From assembly GCA_963924565.1 (NCBI GenBank), contig OZ004610.1, positions 13,268,001 to 13,332,000 on the forward strand: DNA of 64,000 nt, given 5' to 3'. Each line of letters begins with the position of its first letter. The stretch's first letter is position 1. The DNA comes from Ascidiella aspersa. Lineage: Eukaryota. Position numbers and translations under genes: made by a program. The notes below the pieces were generated by a model that saw only the letters and a program-made list of their open reading frames with translations, was not told where the DNA came from and searched no databases. Below, in pieces: positions 25,153 through 40,100 of the stretch.

Positions 25153-28100
25153 ATGGAGGAGCACGACAGCAGTCCTAAGTTCACAGTGAGCCAGATCGTC
25201 CTGCTGCAGAAGCTCAAGCAGAGCGGCCTCAGCAAGGACCAGATCGTTCGCGGCTTGGAGGAAATGGAAAAACTGGACGAGGTCGGACTTGGCAGTCCGG
25301 GTGCCAGGTACGATTGTTGTTGGTTCTTTACGTCTGGGCCCCCTTTCGACAAACTTTCGTACCTATAGCCGCCACTTTTTATAAGAACTTATTTCAGGGC
25401 CCACATAATGGCAGTATGGTGGCTAAACAATTTGCTTAAATACCAAACGCAATTCACTTACAATTTAAAACCGCTGGATCTCTAACACCAGTGTAATTAC
25501 GGAGATATAGGATTTGGTGGGAAAATCGATCATATCTATAGACATCTGAAATATATTGAGTTCTGGACGACAGGTTATAGATTCCATTTACCCTTACCAA
25601 AATTAAATTAGTCTAGTTAAAAGTTTCCCACTCCCTTGAAGAGCTTCGCGAGTCATGGGTTGAGAATCCTAATGGAAAGTTGTTAGTTAACGAAATAAAA
25701 TTTATTTATTTCAAACTTAACCACAGAAAAATTGAATAAGCAACCAGCCAGATTTACACAAAAGACAGTTAAAAACTTTGTTTTTGAAAAACGTTCGCCA
25801 GTTTGTGCAACGAAACCGTGCTAAAGTATTGAAAAGTGAAATCAAGGCAAGAGCTGCGACAAACGAGAACCTACATGTTAAACATTGTAATTTGTTTCTT
25901 TGCTCAGCTAAATGAAAAATTAAAAAGAACTCACATTTTGGTATTGTTTTACTGTGTTATCAGTTACTTGTATAACAGTAAAATTACAATGGTAGAATGG
26001 GTGTAAGAATTGATTGGTAATTTGATAGGGGCGCGAGAATTGGATTGTGATTTTAATAAACTATGACCACAATAATATCGGTATTTGGCCAATTGTGCGA
26101 TTGATCATGTTTCACGATGGTTTGATGTTGGGAATTTGGGTTTATAGAGCAAATAATCCAAAAATTTAACTCCAGTCTGCCGTTGCTTTGCCTAATAATG
26201 AGTTTTTTTCTATCAGCGTTTCGTCCAACACACACAACGGCGCCACCGGCGCGTCGCCGCCCAGCAGCTGCGGGAGCAACGGTCACCAGGCGCCCTCTGG
26301 TGGTGGCAGCGCGCAAAATCACTCGTCCTCATCATCTTTGCCCAAGGAGCAGGACTTTCAGCGAATCAGCACTAGTCCCCAGTCACCGCCACACGTGAGT
26401 AGAGATCGGTTGCCAATATTTCGCTCGGGATCGTGATTTATGCTTTCATGTCTTCCTGCGCGTTTGAACGGCGTTTCGGGTTCGGTGACGTGAAAACGTC
26501 TGCGTTTTCAAGTTGTGGTTGGGCTTCCTCAAGAGTGGCAAAAATAACTGGAGTGGTTCTGCTTATTGTCCAAGGATAAATAGTGGGATTTAAACGATTT
26601 TCTGGTAAACGGTAAAGCCTAAAAATAAACTTAAAAAAAAATAAAAAAAAAATGTGTATAAAATGTGGTAAAAGACGATTACGCTTTGACTATTTTTAAC
26701 GGCCCCAATTAACCAAATATTTTGGTTACTTTATTTGTAACCTGAATTTTTTCTGTTTAAAAAAAAACAATTTTTAACATGCTTTCGTTTTAATAGGCAC
26801 CGTACTGTCCACTAATTTAGTGGTAACCACACTTGTTTACTATTTAACTAAACAGGATAAATGGGCTTGTCAGGGAAACAGGCAGGGTCCCACTGAGTTT
26901 ACGACACCAATCTGTTTTGGCGTAAATATTAGCTTTTGTACAAAAAATGCCTTTTAAACTGTCGGCCAGGGACAGCATTCGACGTGATCTGCATCAGCAT
27001 CACGCCTGCAACTGTCAACAGTCGCATCCGACCAGTAACTGCCATCAACAGCGGCGCTGACAAAAAAAAACACTTGCATTAAGCGCGCGCTTTACACTTG
27101 ACACGACGACCAGAAAAAAAAAGGATGTGCACATGCGCACGAGTTAGCGGCACACTCGCGCCAACGCAATGCGCACCAGTAACTTTCAGCGCCTTGACAT
27201 TTCCATTCGGCGCGACCTTTTGCATGCGACGAGGGAGTCAGAGTCACGGGTCGAAGCCTCTCCCGCTTACTCTTGCCTTTTATCCGCTTGTTGTGACGTG
27301 ATACACGTTTTTGCAGTTGCCCGTGGCCAATTGGCTCGCGCTTCGGGCGCTGATTCGCGGGCTGTGTGCTTCATGAGACGTGATTGCCGCCGCTATGTTT
27401 AGCCGCGCCGGCTCTATTTAGCGGCGTCGCGAGAAAAAACGATTAGCCGCCGACGCGACGCGTGTTATTGCTAATTTGCGATCGGTCAATGGCGTGACTA
27501 GCTCTAATAAGCAACCAGCCAAAGACCGACAGCTGTATGCTAAGATGCAAACCGCGGCATGGACTACCCTCTGAAACGTTTTCCCTAAAAGCGGGCTGTT
27601 AAGCATCTACCCTACCTAAATGCAACTATCTTTAGCAACCATCCCCCTATCTTTGTTAAATATAACCAGTATGTTGGGCACAACATGAATTTATTGCAGA
27701 AAATGCAGAAAACATTTTCCAAATTCAAAACTGATAAAAAGGAGCGGTTTAGAAACACACAAAATTTGTCAGTAGATAACAAGGTTCCCTGTGACTGTGG
27801 GGTGCATTTGTCTATCACACATAACAAGTGCAGTTTTTGATGCGGAAAAAAGTAAGACCTATATCCAAAAGAATCCACTTTGGTGCCGAGTTTGGTCTAG
27901 CTGCGTAGAACCAACCTAACGAAATTGACCGCACTTATCAGTTTGTAGCGCGTAAAATTCCGATTCCTCGTTGAGCTGCAGTGAGGCATACACGCTGCAT
28001 TCGCAAAACAGTTTAGAAATTATATTTGATAAATCTCGTGTACTAGTGGGTTACACATTTTACAAAATCTAGTTCATTGATTGGTTTATTTATAGTTCGT

Positions 28101-31100
28101 TGTGTTCATTGGTGGTAGCGCTTTTGTGACTATGGAAAACATTTATAAAAATATTTAGGAGCAAAGCTCGTTTCTTTTTTTGTTCCTTTGTATGGTGGCC
28201 ATTTACGCTGTCGCAAATTTGAAGTGAAAAATATTGAACTCTTCGTTTCACAGTCTCTATATTGGCAGCTAACCTTTTTGTACAGTATCCACGAATTTCT
28301 CGGTGACTATTTTGTAGCGGTGTCCATCAACTGTTTAGCCAAATTGTAGCCTATTTTTATCAGGCCCGGTGAATTCTTCCAGTCTCTAACTACAAAGATG
28401 CTATCGCGCCTGATTTTGTCTTTGCTCTGTAAACGGACTGTTTTAAAATTGTCATACCCACTATGAGAATGAATACATAACATAATTCTCTTTTTTGACA
28501 GGTAAAGCTGAACCCAGGGCTTCCCCATCACATTGGTCAACACAATCCACTCATGTTTGGCGCGCATTTGCAGGTATAGCTCTTCGCTATCGTATTACCT
28601 TATTTGCTGGAGAGACGGTGTTCCAATTAAGTTTTATTCTTTACACTCTCTTCTACCAATTCGGAGCAGATTTTACGCAAAACCATTGTTAATCCAATGC
28701 TTAATTGCCTGCGTTATTTTTTATATAACAAAATGGTTAAACAGCTCAACTCCAAATTTATCTTTGCATAAAAAATATTCAAATAAAAATGGTTTAAAAT
28801 AGCATTATAGCGTGTATATAGTTTATTTTTTTTAGTGTTATAGCCAGGTAAAAATACTGGATATTACAGTTTTTAAATCGACTATTGACGGTCTTATGGA
28901 AATATTGAAACGTAAGTTTATTGTTTCTTTGGCCCTGATAGAGTCTCGGTCCAGAGCAACCTGGTATTAAATTACGCGCGTTGAGACGAACCGCTGTAAT
29001 TGCTTGTCCTTCTACAAACAAGCGCGACTATTATTTTCGTCAGGCCAACCGACCGCTTGATCAATATTCGATGCTATTTACACCCACTGTGGTGTGCGAA
29101 TCGTAACCACCCAATTTGACACTGTGTAACAAGACCAGGGTCTATCGCCGTCGCATCTTCAAAACGAGAGGCTATTTTACATTTAAGTTGCTTCGTTGCC
29201 TCTGTTGTGTGACAAGGCGCGAACCCACGTCGATTACCTTTTTTCTATGGTTTATTTTGCGTTCTCCATAGGTTTTGGGCGGCGCGAAAGTGCGAAGTAC
29301 GTAATTATATCGCATAGACACATCACAACAAACGACCATGCTTTTGACACTCTAAAAAGTTTTATCGTCAGCCACCACTGGTCCACCAGTCATTCGTTAC
29401 ATAGTGTTTGCTCGAAATTTCGTTATCGGTGATCAGATTTGTGATTTACAAAAAAGGTAAATAACTTCACAGCGCGCGTTTTCTAAATCCACTAAAAATT
29501 GGCTTGGCAAATCGAATTTTACATCGCTGGGATTTCATATTTTCTCTTACCGTAAAACAAAGACCGCGCTTACTGCGTCGCCATATCGTTGGTGTGAAGC
29601 AAACCTGTAGTCGGACGGCGCCTGTTAAAATGCGATCGGATCGCACCACCCGATCCTGGTGGGCCGATTGGTCGTAGACAGCAAAATCTGTTGATACATT
29701 GGCGCCTTACAGGTCCGTTGATTCAAATTTACCTGCTTTGAAATGCAAAACAAACGCCCGTCGCGGTGTCAGCGAGGCTATCATGTCTTGTCCCGATTCC
29801 GATCAAATTTGGGTCGTTGCGCGTTCGAATTTGGCAATACGACTCCCGGAAAAACAGATTGCCACAAAACCCGATACGTTCTCGGCGTTTGCAACCAAAC
29901 TAAGAAAAGATATTGCTTAAATCGTTTATGTGCTCCCTAAATTTTGTTTGGAGTTCCATACTACGTTATTTTAAATCAACCCTCGATCATCTGATCTAGA
30001 AATCCGTGTATTGCAATTTAAAACAAAGTTACATGTCGAAGCAGTACACAGTCATGGAAAGTAAAGTATAAAAATAGAGCAAAATAAGAATAGAGCAGCC
30101 TTGCGATTCTCTACAAAACGCTTCTAATTAAAATAAGTTCGTAAAATTTCCCGTTTTGCCGCAAAAGGATGAGAGTTACTGCCGAAATACCCACGCAAAA
30201 AATATCCAGATGGGATTTTAAACTATTTTTACCGAGTGTTACGCAAAAGAGTTACTCATGATATTTTATATATACGCGAATACACCAATCTAAATTCAGT
30301 ATTCGCCGTGCCACGTTTTAACTTTTTTATTTTTTTTATCAACTATCGTGGTTGCAGAATATCTTTGAAGAAAATAAGTGAGTCCACCTTTAAATGAGTC
30401 TAATACCGCCGTTCTGTAGTGCAAGAGTCTGTATGTTGTGATCATACTCGGCTGAACAGTTTCTTTTCGCAGAATCCCAATCAGCTCAGTCTGCTGCCCT
30501 CAGTTGCACAGTGGCCTAACACGTCACAGGCGGTTGCCGTGGCAACAGCAGCCAGTCTCCTCCAGAATGGATTCGCCCACGGAAATGTTGCACACTACCC
30601 TGGTCTCATCAACCAGAGAGGTAAGGATCGTCAAATCGAGGTTCAGTTGTAAATTGGAGAGTCAGGGGTAAGACATATATTTGTCTGATCATATTTTCCT
30701 GGTATTTGAAATTGACGATTAAGGCAGCTTCTTCTTAATCCTCTCATAACCAGTGTGTTTGCTCGTTTTTTCACCTTAACTTTTTTCATAAACGAACCTT
30801 AATTTTTAAGTATACTTCATCATTTTTTTAACGCTGGTAAATAATTCAAGTAACCCATCGCTAATTCTTGTCCTTTTTCAACCTGTTTAGTGAGTTTTAT
30901 ATTTTCACCTTCGCCGTCTGCCATATGCCGTTACTTAATCTTCTAATTGAATTGCACGTTTACGTTTCGGTGTTTATTAATTCCAATATTGCGACTCGCC
31001 CGAGCATTAAGTGCTATACCTTGCAGCTTTAATTTGTGTTCGAGTTATTTATCCGCCATATGGCCCGACAATGAATATTTCATGACATCTCGAGCTATTG

Positions 31101-34100
31101 TTTACGTGCTAAGCACCGCTGCCGAATGGTAAGTCATAACAATGGCGCGTGAAGAAAAACACGAGATACCTAACGCGGGGAACGGAACGTCAGTCGTAAA
31201 AATAGAAGCGAAAGTCGCACCGGACAAAGACAGCAACCGTTATAACGATATGCGTTGCTTACTTAGGACTGTTCTTACTAATATTGCCTGTAGCAAAAAC
31301 TGAAAGAGTTATGTTATGCATCGTAAAATTAACTTATTCGGGTTTAACAAAAGTTAAGCCGCAAACTTACTGGTAAGTTTAAATGCAGATTGTTTAATGT
31401 GAAACTATAAGCGGGCCGCCAATTCATTCGAGATGTCTCGTAATTCAATTAAGCTCATTTCTTTCAAGCCATATCGAAACATTCCAAACAAATGAACTCT
31501 TGTCGATATATTTGGTAAACATGCCAGTTTGCGCAGCGTTAGCGTGTACTTGGATAACCGTGTCTAGCGCTCCGGGCCTTATCTGTGGGTTGAACTGCAC
31601 GCTCGACCTTTAATTCAAAAACCAAACATCAAAATGATTTTTCTATATCAACGAATCGAAGAAACCGAATTGGACATTTGACTAAATCACTCAGCGCGCT
31701 TTGCCAATTGCGACCCTAACAAATAAACTAATACACAATCCCTCTCTTATTCCTAAGAGCCCATCCTCCAAAAACGTTCATAGAGAGTGTCACGAACACA
31801 ATAATGTCCCATCTATTTGGGTAACTTCGACGCTTTTCAGCCTACATACTCAGAAGTGTTAATGCTAACCTTCAGTTAGGCTTTTAGCTTGGGTTTTCAG
31901 TTGCACATAAAACACACGTGTTTTCACCACTTTTAATGTAGAATGACCTGCTTTAACGCAGTAAACATCACGCCACTTTTGGGGCATTATGACGCAACAC
32001 GAACGTCTAGTCGTAAACAAAACAACAAGTTTAACGCATCTGGAAAGAATGTTACACACAATCGTTAGACACTAATTTGTGACAGAGAGATATTTTTTTG
32101 TCTTCGCTTTCTTACAGCTTTATCAGTGGCAAATTGCCCTCTCCTCTTCCATACATTATTTTCCTCCTCCTCTCTCAGGCCTGATGCGCGGTAATGTGTC
32201 TTCCTCCGCGCCCGGGAGCACGGTGGTGGAGATCGACGGCGAGAAGGTGGACATCAGCGAAGAGCTGGAGGAGCTCTTCCGGAGGGATCAGGCCTCCGTT
32301 AAGGAGGACATCCGGAAGTTCATCAGCGAGCGCCACATCTCGCAGTCCTCGATCGCTAAGGCGACAAGAAACGGTGAGATTCCTTGATCGTTGTTTTGTT
32401 TAGGAACCAGTTCCAGAGTTTCCTCGAATGAAAAGGTTTTATAACTAAACTCAGCCGAACCCAAAATAGGTAAATGAAAATAAATGAAGCGAAGCAAGTG
32501 AACTCAATAACTTGTATTATATATTTTCATTTGACGTCCTTTATGTAGTGACGTTTTTCTTTTTTAGGTTATTTTTATTGCAAAGAATATTAGAAAAAAA
32601 ATCCATTGGGACCCCAACGTATTTGTTTTTTAGCTGAAAACCTTTGTTACGGAATATTAATTTTGCAATGCTGCACGGATATAGACAAGCAGAACATTTT
32701 ATCTAATGAACAACAGTAAATTTTAGGCAAACCTGCCACTGTATTTGCTTGATGTGAGATAGCGGTAATACCCGGGATGGGCCAACCGCATCAGCGACTA
32801 CTATTAGGCAACTGAGCCGAAGTGTGACTAACGCTGGGGTTATTTCAATACTTAGACTCGTGAATTAAATCGAGAATCGTGTCGATCGGTACGGCGATAA
32901 TTACTTGTACACAGTTTTACATGAATGTTTTAGGAGATGTTTTAGCAATGCCCTCATCTATCACATTTTATGGTGACATTATTACATTGTATATTGAACG
33001 TTTTGTCAAATGGTAAATTGTAAGTGAAGCAAAAAAAAAATTAACCTGTTTTTTTTTGGAAAAAACTTTGTTGTATTCACTTTGCTATTCCATCCGCTCA
33101 AAAAAGAAACCAAAAATTAAATTAAATAAATATTACTAGAAGCAATGGCATCCCCATCTTTCCAAACAAAATATTAAAATTTACTTCTGTCGCTCAATAA
33201 AATATGCCTTTTTGTTGCATGCCTGACAAATATGATTGGTTCACCATCGAGTCCTTGCTGCGAACTCGGCAGCTGACTTGCGGGTTGAGACATCAATCGA
33301 ACCGCATGCCTTGGGGATCTGTCTTCTATATGTTTGATGTAGATTTTTGACCTTTTGGTTACCCATAACGCTTATCACAGATCAGTTCGTACGTATAGCC
33401 TATATATCTACATTATAGGTAATTTTTGCACACACAATTTACCCGTCGATTTTATTCCTTTAGGTTTAGGTTTAGGCCTAAATTTATTCACCAATTGATT
33501 TTTGCGACCTCAAACTAAGTTAAACGTTAAATACCAACGATCCATAATAATCAGTTGAATATTGATTTTCTTTAGTAACACTGCTCGTAAATCATCAAAA
33601 ATACTTTGACACAAAGCGCAACATATCATACTGAATTCGACAGATTGTGATCTCTTCCCGGCTAGCTAAAATTTGAAAAGTCCCCAGTTTTTACTCTAAC
33701 GATAAAAGCTTTGCGCAAATGCACAATCTCCTCAAGACAAACGGATATCGGAAAACGAAAACCAATCGCACAAAATAAAAACGAATCCCAAATTGAACAA
33801 AGTAAAAAGGAATACCAAATCGGACAAAATAAAATCGATATCAAAATTGAACAAAATATAAACGAATACAAAATTAGACAAAATTAAAACGACTACGAAA
33901 TTGGACACAATGAAATGCCGACCATCAAAACACGGTGCAGTATTTGTGTTGGTGGCGGAGTTAGCTGAGGGTCAGATGCTGTACACTTGCGGTCGGTTTA
34001 GGAAAAGATGCGGTCAAGCAACGGATGGTCGTAAGTCGATGTCCTTTCGAATGACTCAATACCTGCGCGGGAGGCCTGTTTGTAGCTGGGAATGTATCTA

Positions 34101-37100
34101 AATTGCATTTATGTTTCAAACAATGGAACATAATAAACGATACAAACGACCCGGTTTCACGAGATATAGTCATGATTTTGTTTTTATCCAACATATTTTC
34201 TCATTTTTTCAAACCTATTGTAGGTATGACGTAATAAGAATATCAAAGCCCATACAGAAGTAGGTATCACCTACTTCTGTATGGGCTTTGATATTCTTAT
34301 TACGTCTTACTACAACCTCCAACCATTATGCTCCAAAGACTATTGTAGGTATAGTTTTCAACCGCGTTATTGCCTATTTTGAGACGTGGTATCACAAACT
34401 TACTGTTACGCATGTAACATATTGTTTTTTATTATTATTTAACTATATGTGACCGAATGTGTTTTATCTGTCGCAGTACTGTAATTACATTCAAATTTTC
34501 TTTCTCTGTTTTACGTTGCTGAAAATGTAGTCGAAATCGAAATCTTTCAGTTATTTTCTTTCATTTTTAAAACAAACGATACATATATATTGTATTTCAG
34601 AATCCAATAGCTGTAATTGTGAACAGCGGCATCAAATTCTCTGACGTAAGAGGCAGGCCATAATTATTTTGGGTGAAACGTACATTTAAAAGTGCTCATA
34701 GAACAAAAACAATCCATCGTGTGGCTTGAATATTTAATAGGTTCTCGCCTTTTGTTGTTTCAAAATATCAATTTCACGAACAAAATATGTGACTTATACA
34801 ATTTAAAATCTAACATAACTTCGGTGGAGAACATAGCTGATCAATCTCGAAATAACCTTCAATATTTATTTATAACTTTCTTTACAAATGGTATGCGTTG
34901 TGTCACGAGATAATCTCATGACCATAAAATAATCACACATAATCAATTGACAGTAATATAATCGATATTGCGCAGCAACCTAATAATGGCAATACTTTCG
35001 AAATGACCACAAACACCATTAAGAAACCCCTTGTGTGTAATAACCTCTCACTCAATTTTAGAGTGATGTTTCCCCCTAGTGTAAATGGTCGACGAAATAG
35101 AATTACAAGCCAGGTAAGTCAAAATGTTGTTAGGTCAAACATCGAGCTGTACCAATCGCAAAAACGGCATTCCGGCTCGAGGCCAGTGTCGTCCTTACCG
35201 AAAAGCAGAACTTTTCCTGTGTGAAAGTGAGGATCTGCGACGCTGGCCATGAAACCGGCCATTACCGAGAGTCTCAGTCGCTTATTTTCGTGTTTTGTTT
35301 TCGCAGCGATCAGCCAAAGCTACATCTCGCAGTGGCTGGCGCAACCCCAGGACATCAGCGGCCAGAAAAAGAAGGCCATGTACACCTGGTACATCATCGA
35401 AAAGCGAAAGCCGCCCGGCATGAACAATGGTAAGTTCGGTATATTTTGCGTTTATTTGTTTTTCAGTATTTTATTATTTGTTATGTGATTTCTAAGATCT
35501 TGGGATTGATTGTTAACTTGCATAGACGAGTTTTGCTATCTCACTGAGACATGGAAACTAATCTATATGCCCTATAGGAATAATTGCGCGATATAGTTAG
35601 ATGTAGTTTGGAAACGACGCTGGGAGGCATTGCTTCTACGCTTTACGTTTAGTTTCATCCACTTACTGCTGCGCATTCCGCGTTTATGTTGATTCCAAGG
35701 TTATTTCCTGTTCGCTGTCAAGTGACAACAAATAAATGCACAATGAAATGCTTTTCTAAAACAATGAAATGCTTTTCGGATAGCGCATTGTGTCGCCAGT
35801 TGCACATTTGATTTTAATTTTCGCGAATTGACGTTTTTCACGCTGTAAAAGTTGATAACCTCCTGGTTTACTCGCCAGATTGTACATCGAATGTAATGTT
35901 GGTTATTTTTGCGTTCATTAAATCATCTGGAGATTGAACGCAGTGATATGAAAGATCGTAGTTATGAGATTGTGTCGAAAATTTCCGCGGGCGATTCTTG
36001 CTTTCGTCATAATTGCGTGCGCCGCAAGTAATATACAACTTAATCGCAAACCTTTCGTACGTGGCAAGAATAAGTGATTATATCGAGATCAAGCATGAAT
36101 AAAATTCGTGCAGACGTCTAATCGAAACATCTCTTCAGGTTGCCAATTTCGCACTTTCGTCCATTGTTTAATAGTGTTATTGGCGTTTTTACAGCTGTAA
36201 TGGCAGACGCAATTACACCTGTCCGGACTGGTACATTACTGACATTACAAACAAAGGGTTGCCAAAGTGCGTAATTCCCGAATTACACCCGTCAGAAGCC
36301 ATTTGCTTGTGACACTAAGAGGGCGAGTTTGAGGGACGTTTTCGTGGGCGCATGGAGCATTAAACAAGCGGCTTGTGCACTTCTGCTTTGTCACTCTTGA
36401 TCGGATATTAGTTTACACCCGCGCGCTTCCCGCCCCTTTTGCCTTAACCGTGTTTAATTGTTTATCTTGGGCGCAATTTCCCGAGTCCTCGATTAACGCG
36501 CCAAATGCGCGTGTTTCGCGCTTGACACGACGCCCTAATTGCATGTAAAAGTCGTGCACGAAAACTCGGTTCGCTGCGGACAAGTGGATTGGCGCTTGCC
36601 CGGTGAGCAGCAACGCTTTGACGGGTTATTTACCAAACGGTGGCAAGCGCTTGGCAGTAGCGCGATCGTTTCGCAATAAGTTGCTCATCTTCTGCGTTTC
36701 GAGCCGCTCCTTAATATTCTTCCCGCTCGATCTCCAACAGTCGCTTGTCGCCGCACCACCGAGAAGTGTTTACGATTTGTATTAATAAGTAATGCCGGCT
36801 GCATGAATCATGGATAAAGTGGTGCGAGTTATCGCTGTCATACCCCCTCACTCTATCCCCCTCCCGCCGTATTAACCCATCTACCAAAAGGCCCCCGCTG
36901 CGCCAGACCTCGGCCTGTTTACATCCGGGCCCGGTGCTGTCAGTCTTTATTGCCTTGTAATTGCGCCGCCCGTCACTTGGCGCACTTCGCCGTTGTCACC
37001 CAGTCGTGTCGGGGTCGGCCCGATTGTTTTCGGTTTGACACCGACTGTCACTTTATACAACTTAATTCGATCACTCGAGATAGCAGGCTTGGTGGATCTG

Positions 37101-40100
37101 GTAGGTGTATTCTACAACAAGACATGAATGGCCTTCGCTGTCCTCCGTCTTAAATTCAACTCTCGATTCGAATCTGACCTGACAAGTTGTCATTTTAATT
37201 TATATAGGCGAGGCAATTTGTCAAGCCAGAAGTGGACACACGCGCCTCCTTTTGATTAAAATGTCGTTGGTTTTACATTAACGAGACGTTGCAATATTGA
37301 TTAGGGTTGCCCAATTTACCGCAAATAGCTAAAAGGTCGTTCAGTCAATTTAAACAACGACAAAACGTTGCGCGAGCTATGCTCTTTCGTATATTTTTTA
37401 TGTGATTTGAAAAGGCCAACTGTCATATACTGCCTAAGAATAAAATTCATGGTCAAGTAAAATTATTTGTGCCTTTTGCATTGTTGTGCCAAAAAGTGGC
37501 CACCACTGTAGCGCTAAATACGCTATAACCACTGATAACCCAAAGTGAAACCAGCGCTTAATTTTTGAATGCCATGGCATGACATCATTTTAAGTGACCG
37601 ATTAACCTCCACTGATACTGCCGTATTAGCACATGGAGCACAGTTGGACTTGGAAATCCCAAATTGGCGAGTCGGCAAAAACATAAGATCAATCATTCCA
37701 CCAGAGGCTCGGGCAAATATTGTGTCTGCGTAATTACTGGACTGATTGCTGTTTGGAACTCAAATTGCTCCACGAGTGTGTCGGCTACCTTCAAGTAGCA
37801 ATTTACTAAAAATAAGCCTATTTAATGCGATGCTGCGTCGTATTCCCGATCCGTTTCGGACCGTGTTACATCTTGTGTTTTCTACCCTGCCGGCGTCGCC
37901 AACTTAGATTTACCTTCTAGGTTTCTAGATTTAACTAATCGCCCTTATTGTACAAAAATGCTTAGAGTTCTTTATCGGGTTTGACTGTTCTCTTTTTTAG
38001 TAGTTTTGTTTATTATAAGGTACTATTAAGTACAGAGCAAGTCAATAATATTATGAACAAATATCCGGATAGACGCTGTCATGTCAGATCACGTATTTTT
38101 GTCACATTTATTCTGTTTAACTCAGCGATTTCCAATTGTTTTTAGTAAAAAAGGTTCAGTAATTCTCTAAAATACTGTAAATGGTATACGCATCCCGAAT
38201 TTTCAGTTGTCGTGAATATGTTTTGTTGATTTAAACCAGCCCACTTAAAGAATCGATTTTCAAATGAAAATAATAAAAAATATTGCCTTCGACTTTAGCA
38301 TCACCTTTACGAATAGCATGCGCTTTCTCGAGACAAATACTATTGATTCAACAAGGGCGGAATGCACCTGATCGATGAATAGGAAAGTCAGTCGTATAGC
38401 GCGGTTCTTTCCTTTAGAGAGCTTTCTATTAAAAAAAATGCATTGTGACGATCTGACTCCTCGATAAATTGTTAGCTGACTCACCAGTGGCAAGCTATTT
38501 TGCGGAGACCACTGTAATGCAGACCGGATTACCGGTTCTCTCATTATTCTCATCTCATGCTTTTTCTAACATATGATAGTAGAAGCAATTAAAATCCTAC
38601 AAAATTATAATCAACTGAATTTTGAGTAAATAATTCCCTGTTAAATGAATAATGAAAGATATGACAGAACTGATCATTTGCAAAAGTTGGTTTTAGTATT
38701 AAACACCTCCCCAAAATGACCCCCATTTTAATTTTGGTCTTGCGCTTGCCAAGATTATGTCGTTACACATCCGGACTTGAACCTGTGTAATCCGTTTGGC
38801 TCATAGATCAACGATGGATTTATGGGCTTTCTTTACGTCAAATATGAACTTATCAGTTTTTAAATAAATTACGTAAACTATACACCACACGCCCCGTACG
38901 AAAAAACAATAACTTTTTAAGACTGTTTTAACTATAGTTGCTCTCTGTACAATTTTACTAAGCAAATTGGACATGTTGTATGAACCCTGGGTATTATTTG
39001 CCATTTTTGATCGTTTGGCATTTCCAGGTGGTAAAAAATTCTCGTGTCTGTGGTGTGTCAACTCAGAGAGACCAAACACTAACTCAACATGTTGGCCGCA
39101 GTGCTCAACACAAGTAAGTTAATCTTTGCAGCGTTAACCACCGAAAGACAGTCGCCGCATACCTCCTAATAAGGTTCACCGTTCTAGAGGACCAAGTCGG
39201 CCCACGCTGCAATTACGGGATCGGCTTAATCGATGCCCCCGCACACACTTGATATCCACACATAGTTCTTTCGCGCGAACAAGTTGATTGGCGACCGCAA
39301 GAAATAAATAGCGGTGATTCAGCGATTGCGTTTTGCGCGAGCTTGTCTGGAATACGTAACTGTACACACGTAAACTCAAGAGCAGCGATAAATAATTTTC
39401 CAGCCCAGAGCAATGGAACGGGCCGCAGCGCTTAATTGGTTTGCATCGATAGTTGTGGTATTTTAACTGGGATTTTCCTGCTTAAACGTAATGATTTGAA
39501 GTGCGTTTGATTTTTATGGAATATAAGATTGTCTTACATGGCCACTCTAACTAAAATGGCTGGCCAGGTCTCCACTAAACTATTTTGGGAACCTGGGTCA
39601 ATTTGTTTTTATCGCCACCTATACCCCATCCAATCAAATATGCTATGTACTGATAATAACCCAAGTAAATGGTGCTTTTGTGTTCCTTTTCGTGTTTGCT
39701 TCTATTGGCATAAAGCAACCCACGTTCGCCCAATACACAATCGCGTCGACGATATTGGCCGTGCGGACAGCTCGTGTATTTAGACATCGCCTCGGTAGAA
39801 TCCCAACCGGTTTCGGCTTCCAAGTTAACCGAATCCGTAAACACGGCGCCGGCTCCCCCGGGGCTCGCAACAAGCGATTTAACGCTGGCCGTCCAAAGGA
39901 TCCCGATCCGATGCCCAGAGTGCATATGGAGGCGACGCACCCGTCTGACTCTGGAGCGCGCCTGAACGTGACTGCGGGCCTGCGTCTACTCACCAAGCCG
40001 CCTAACCGACTTATGTAACCCGAGCCTACCTTGCTGAGCGATTTTTTTGGTTGATAGCGTCTGGCCAGGTGCTACGGTGAAGCTGGCGTGTGCAGTCGGA

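Noticed and set aside
33662-33915. 9-aa repeat protein encoded by the 27-bp minisatellite
   Set aside because: The plus frame has an internal TAA, the minus ORF lacks an ATG start and splice support, and it lies inside an intron.
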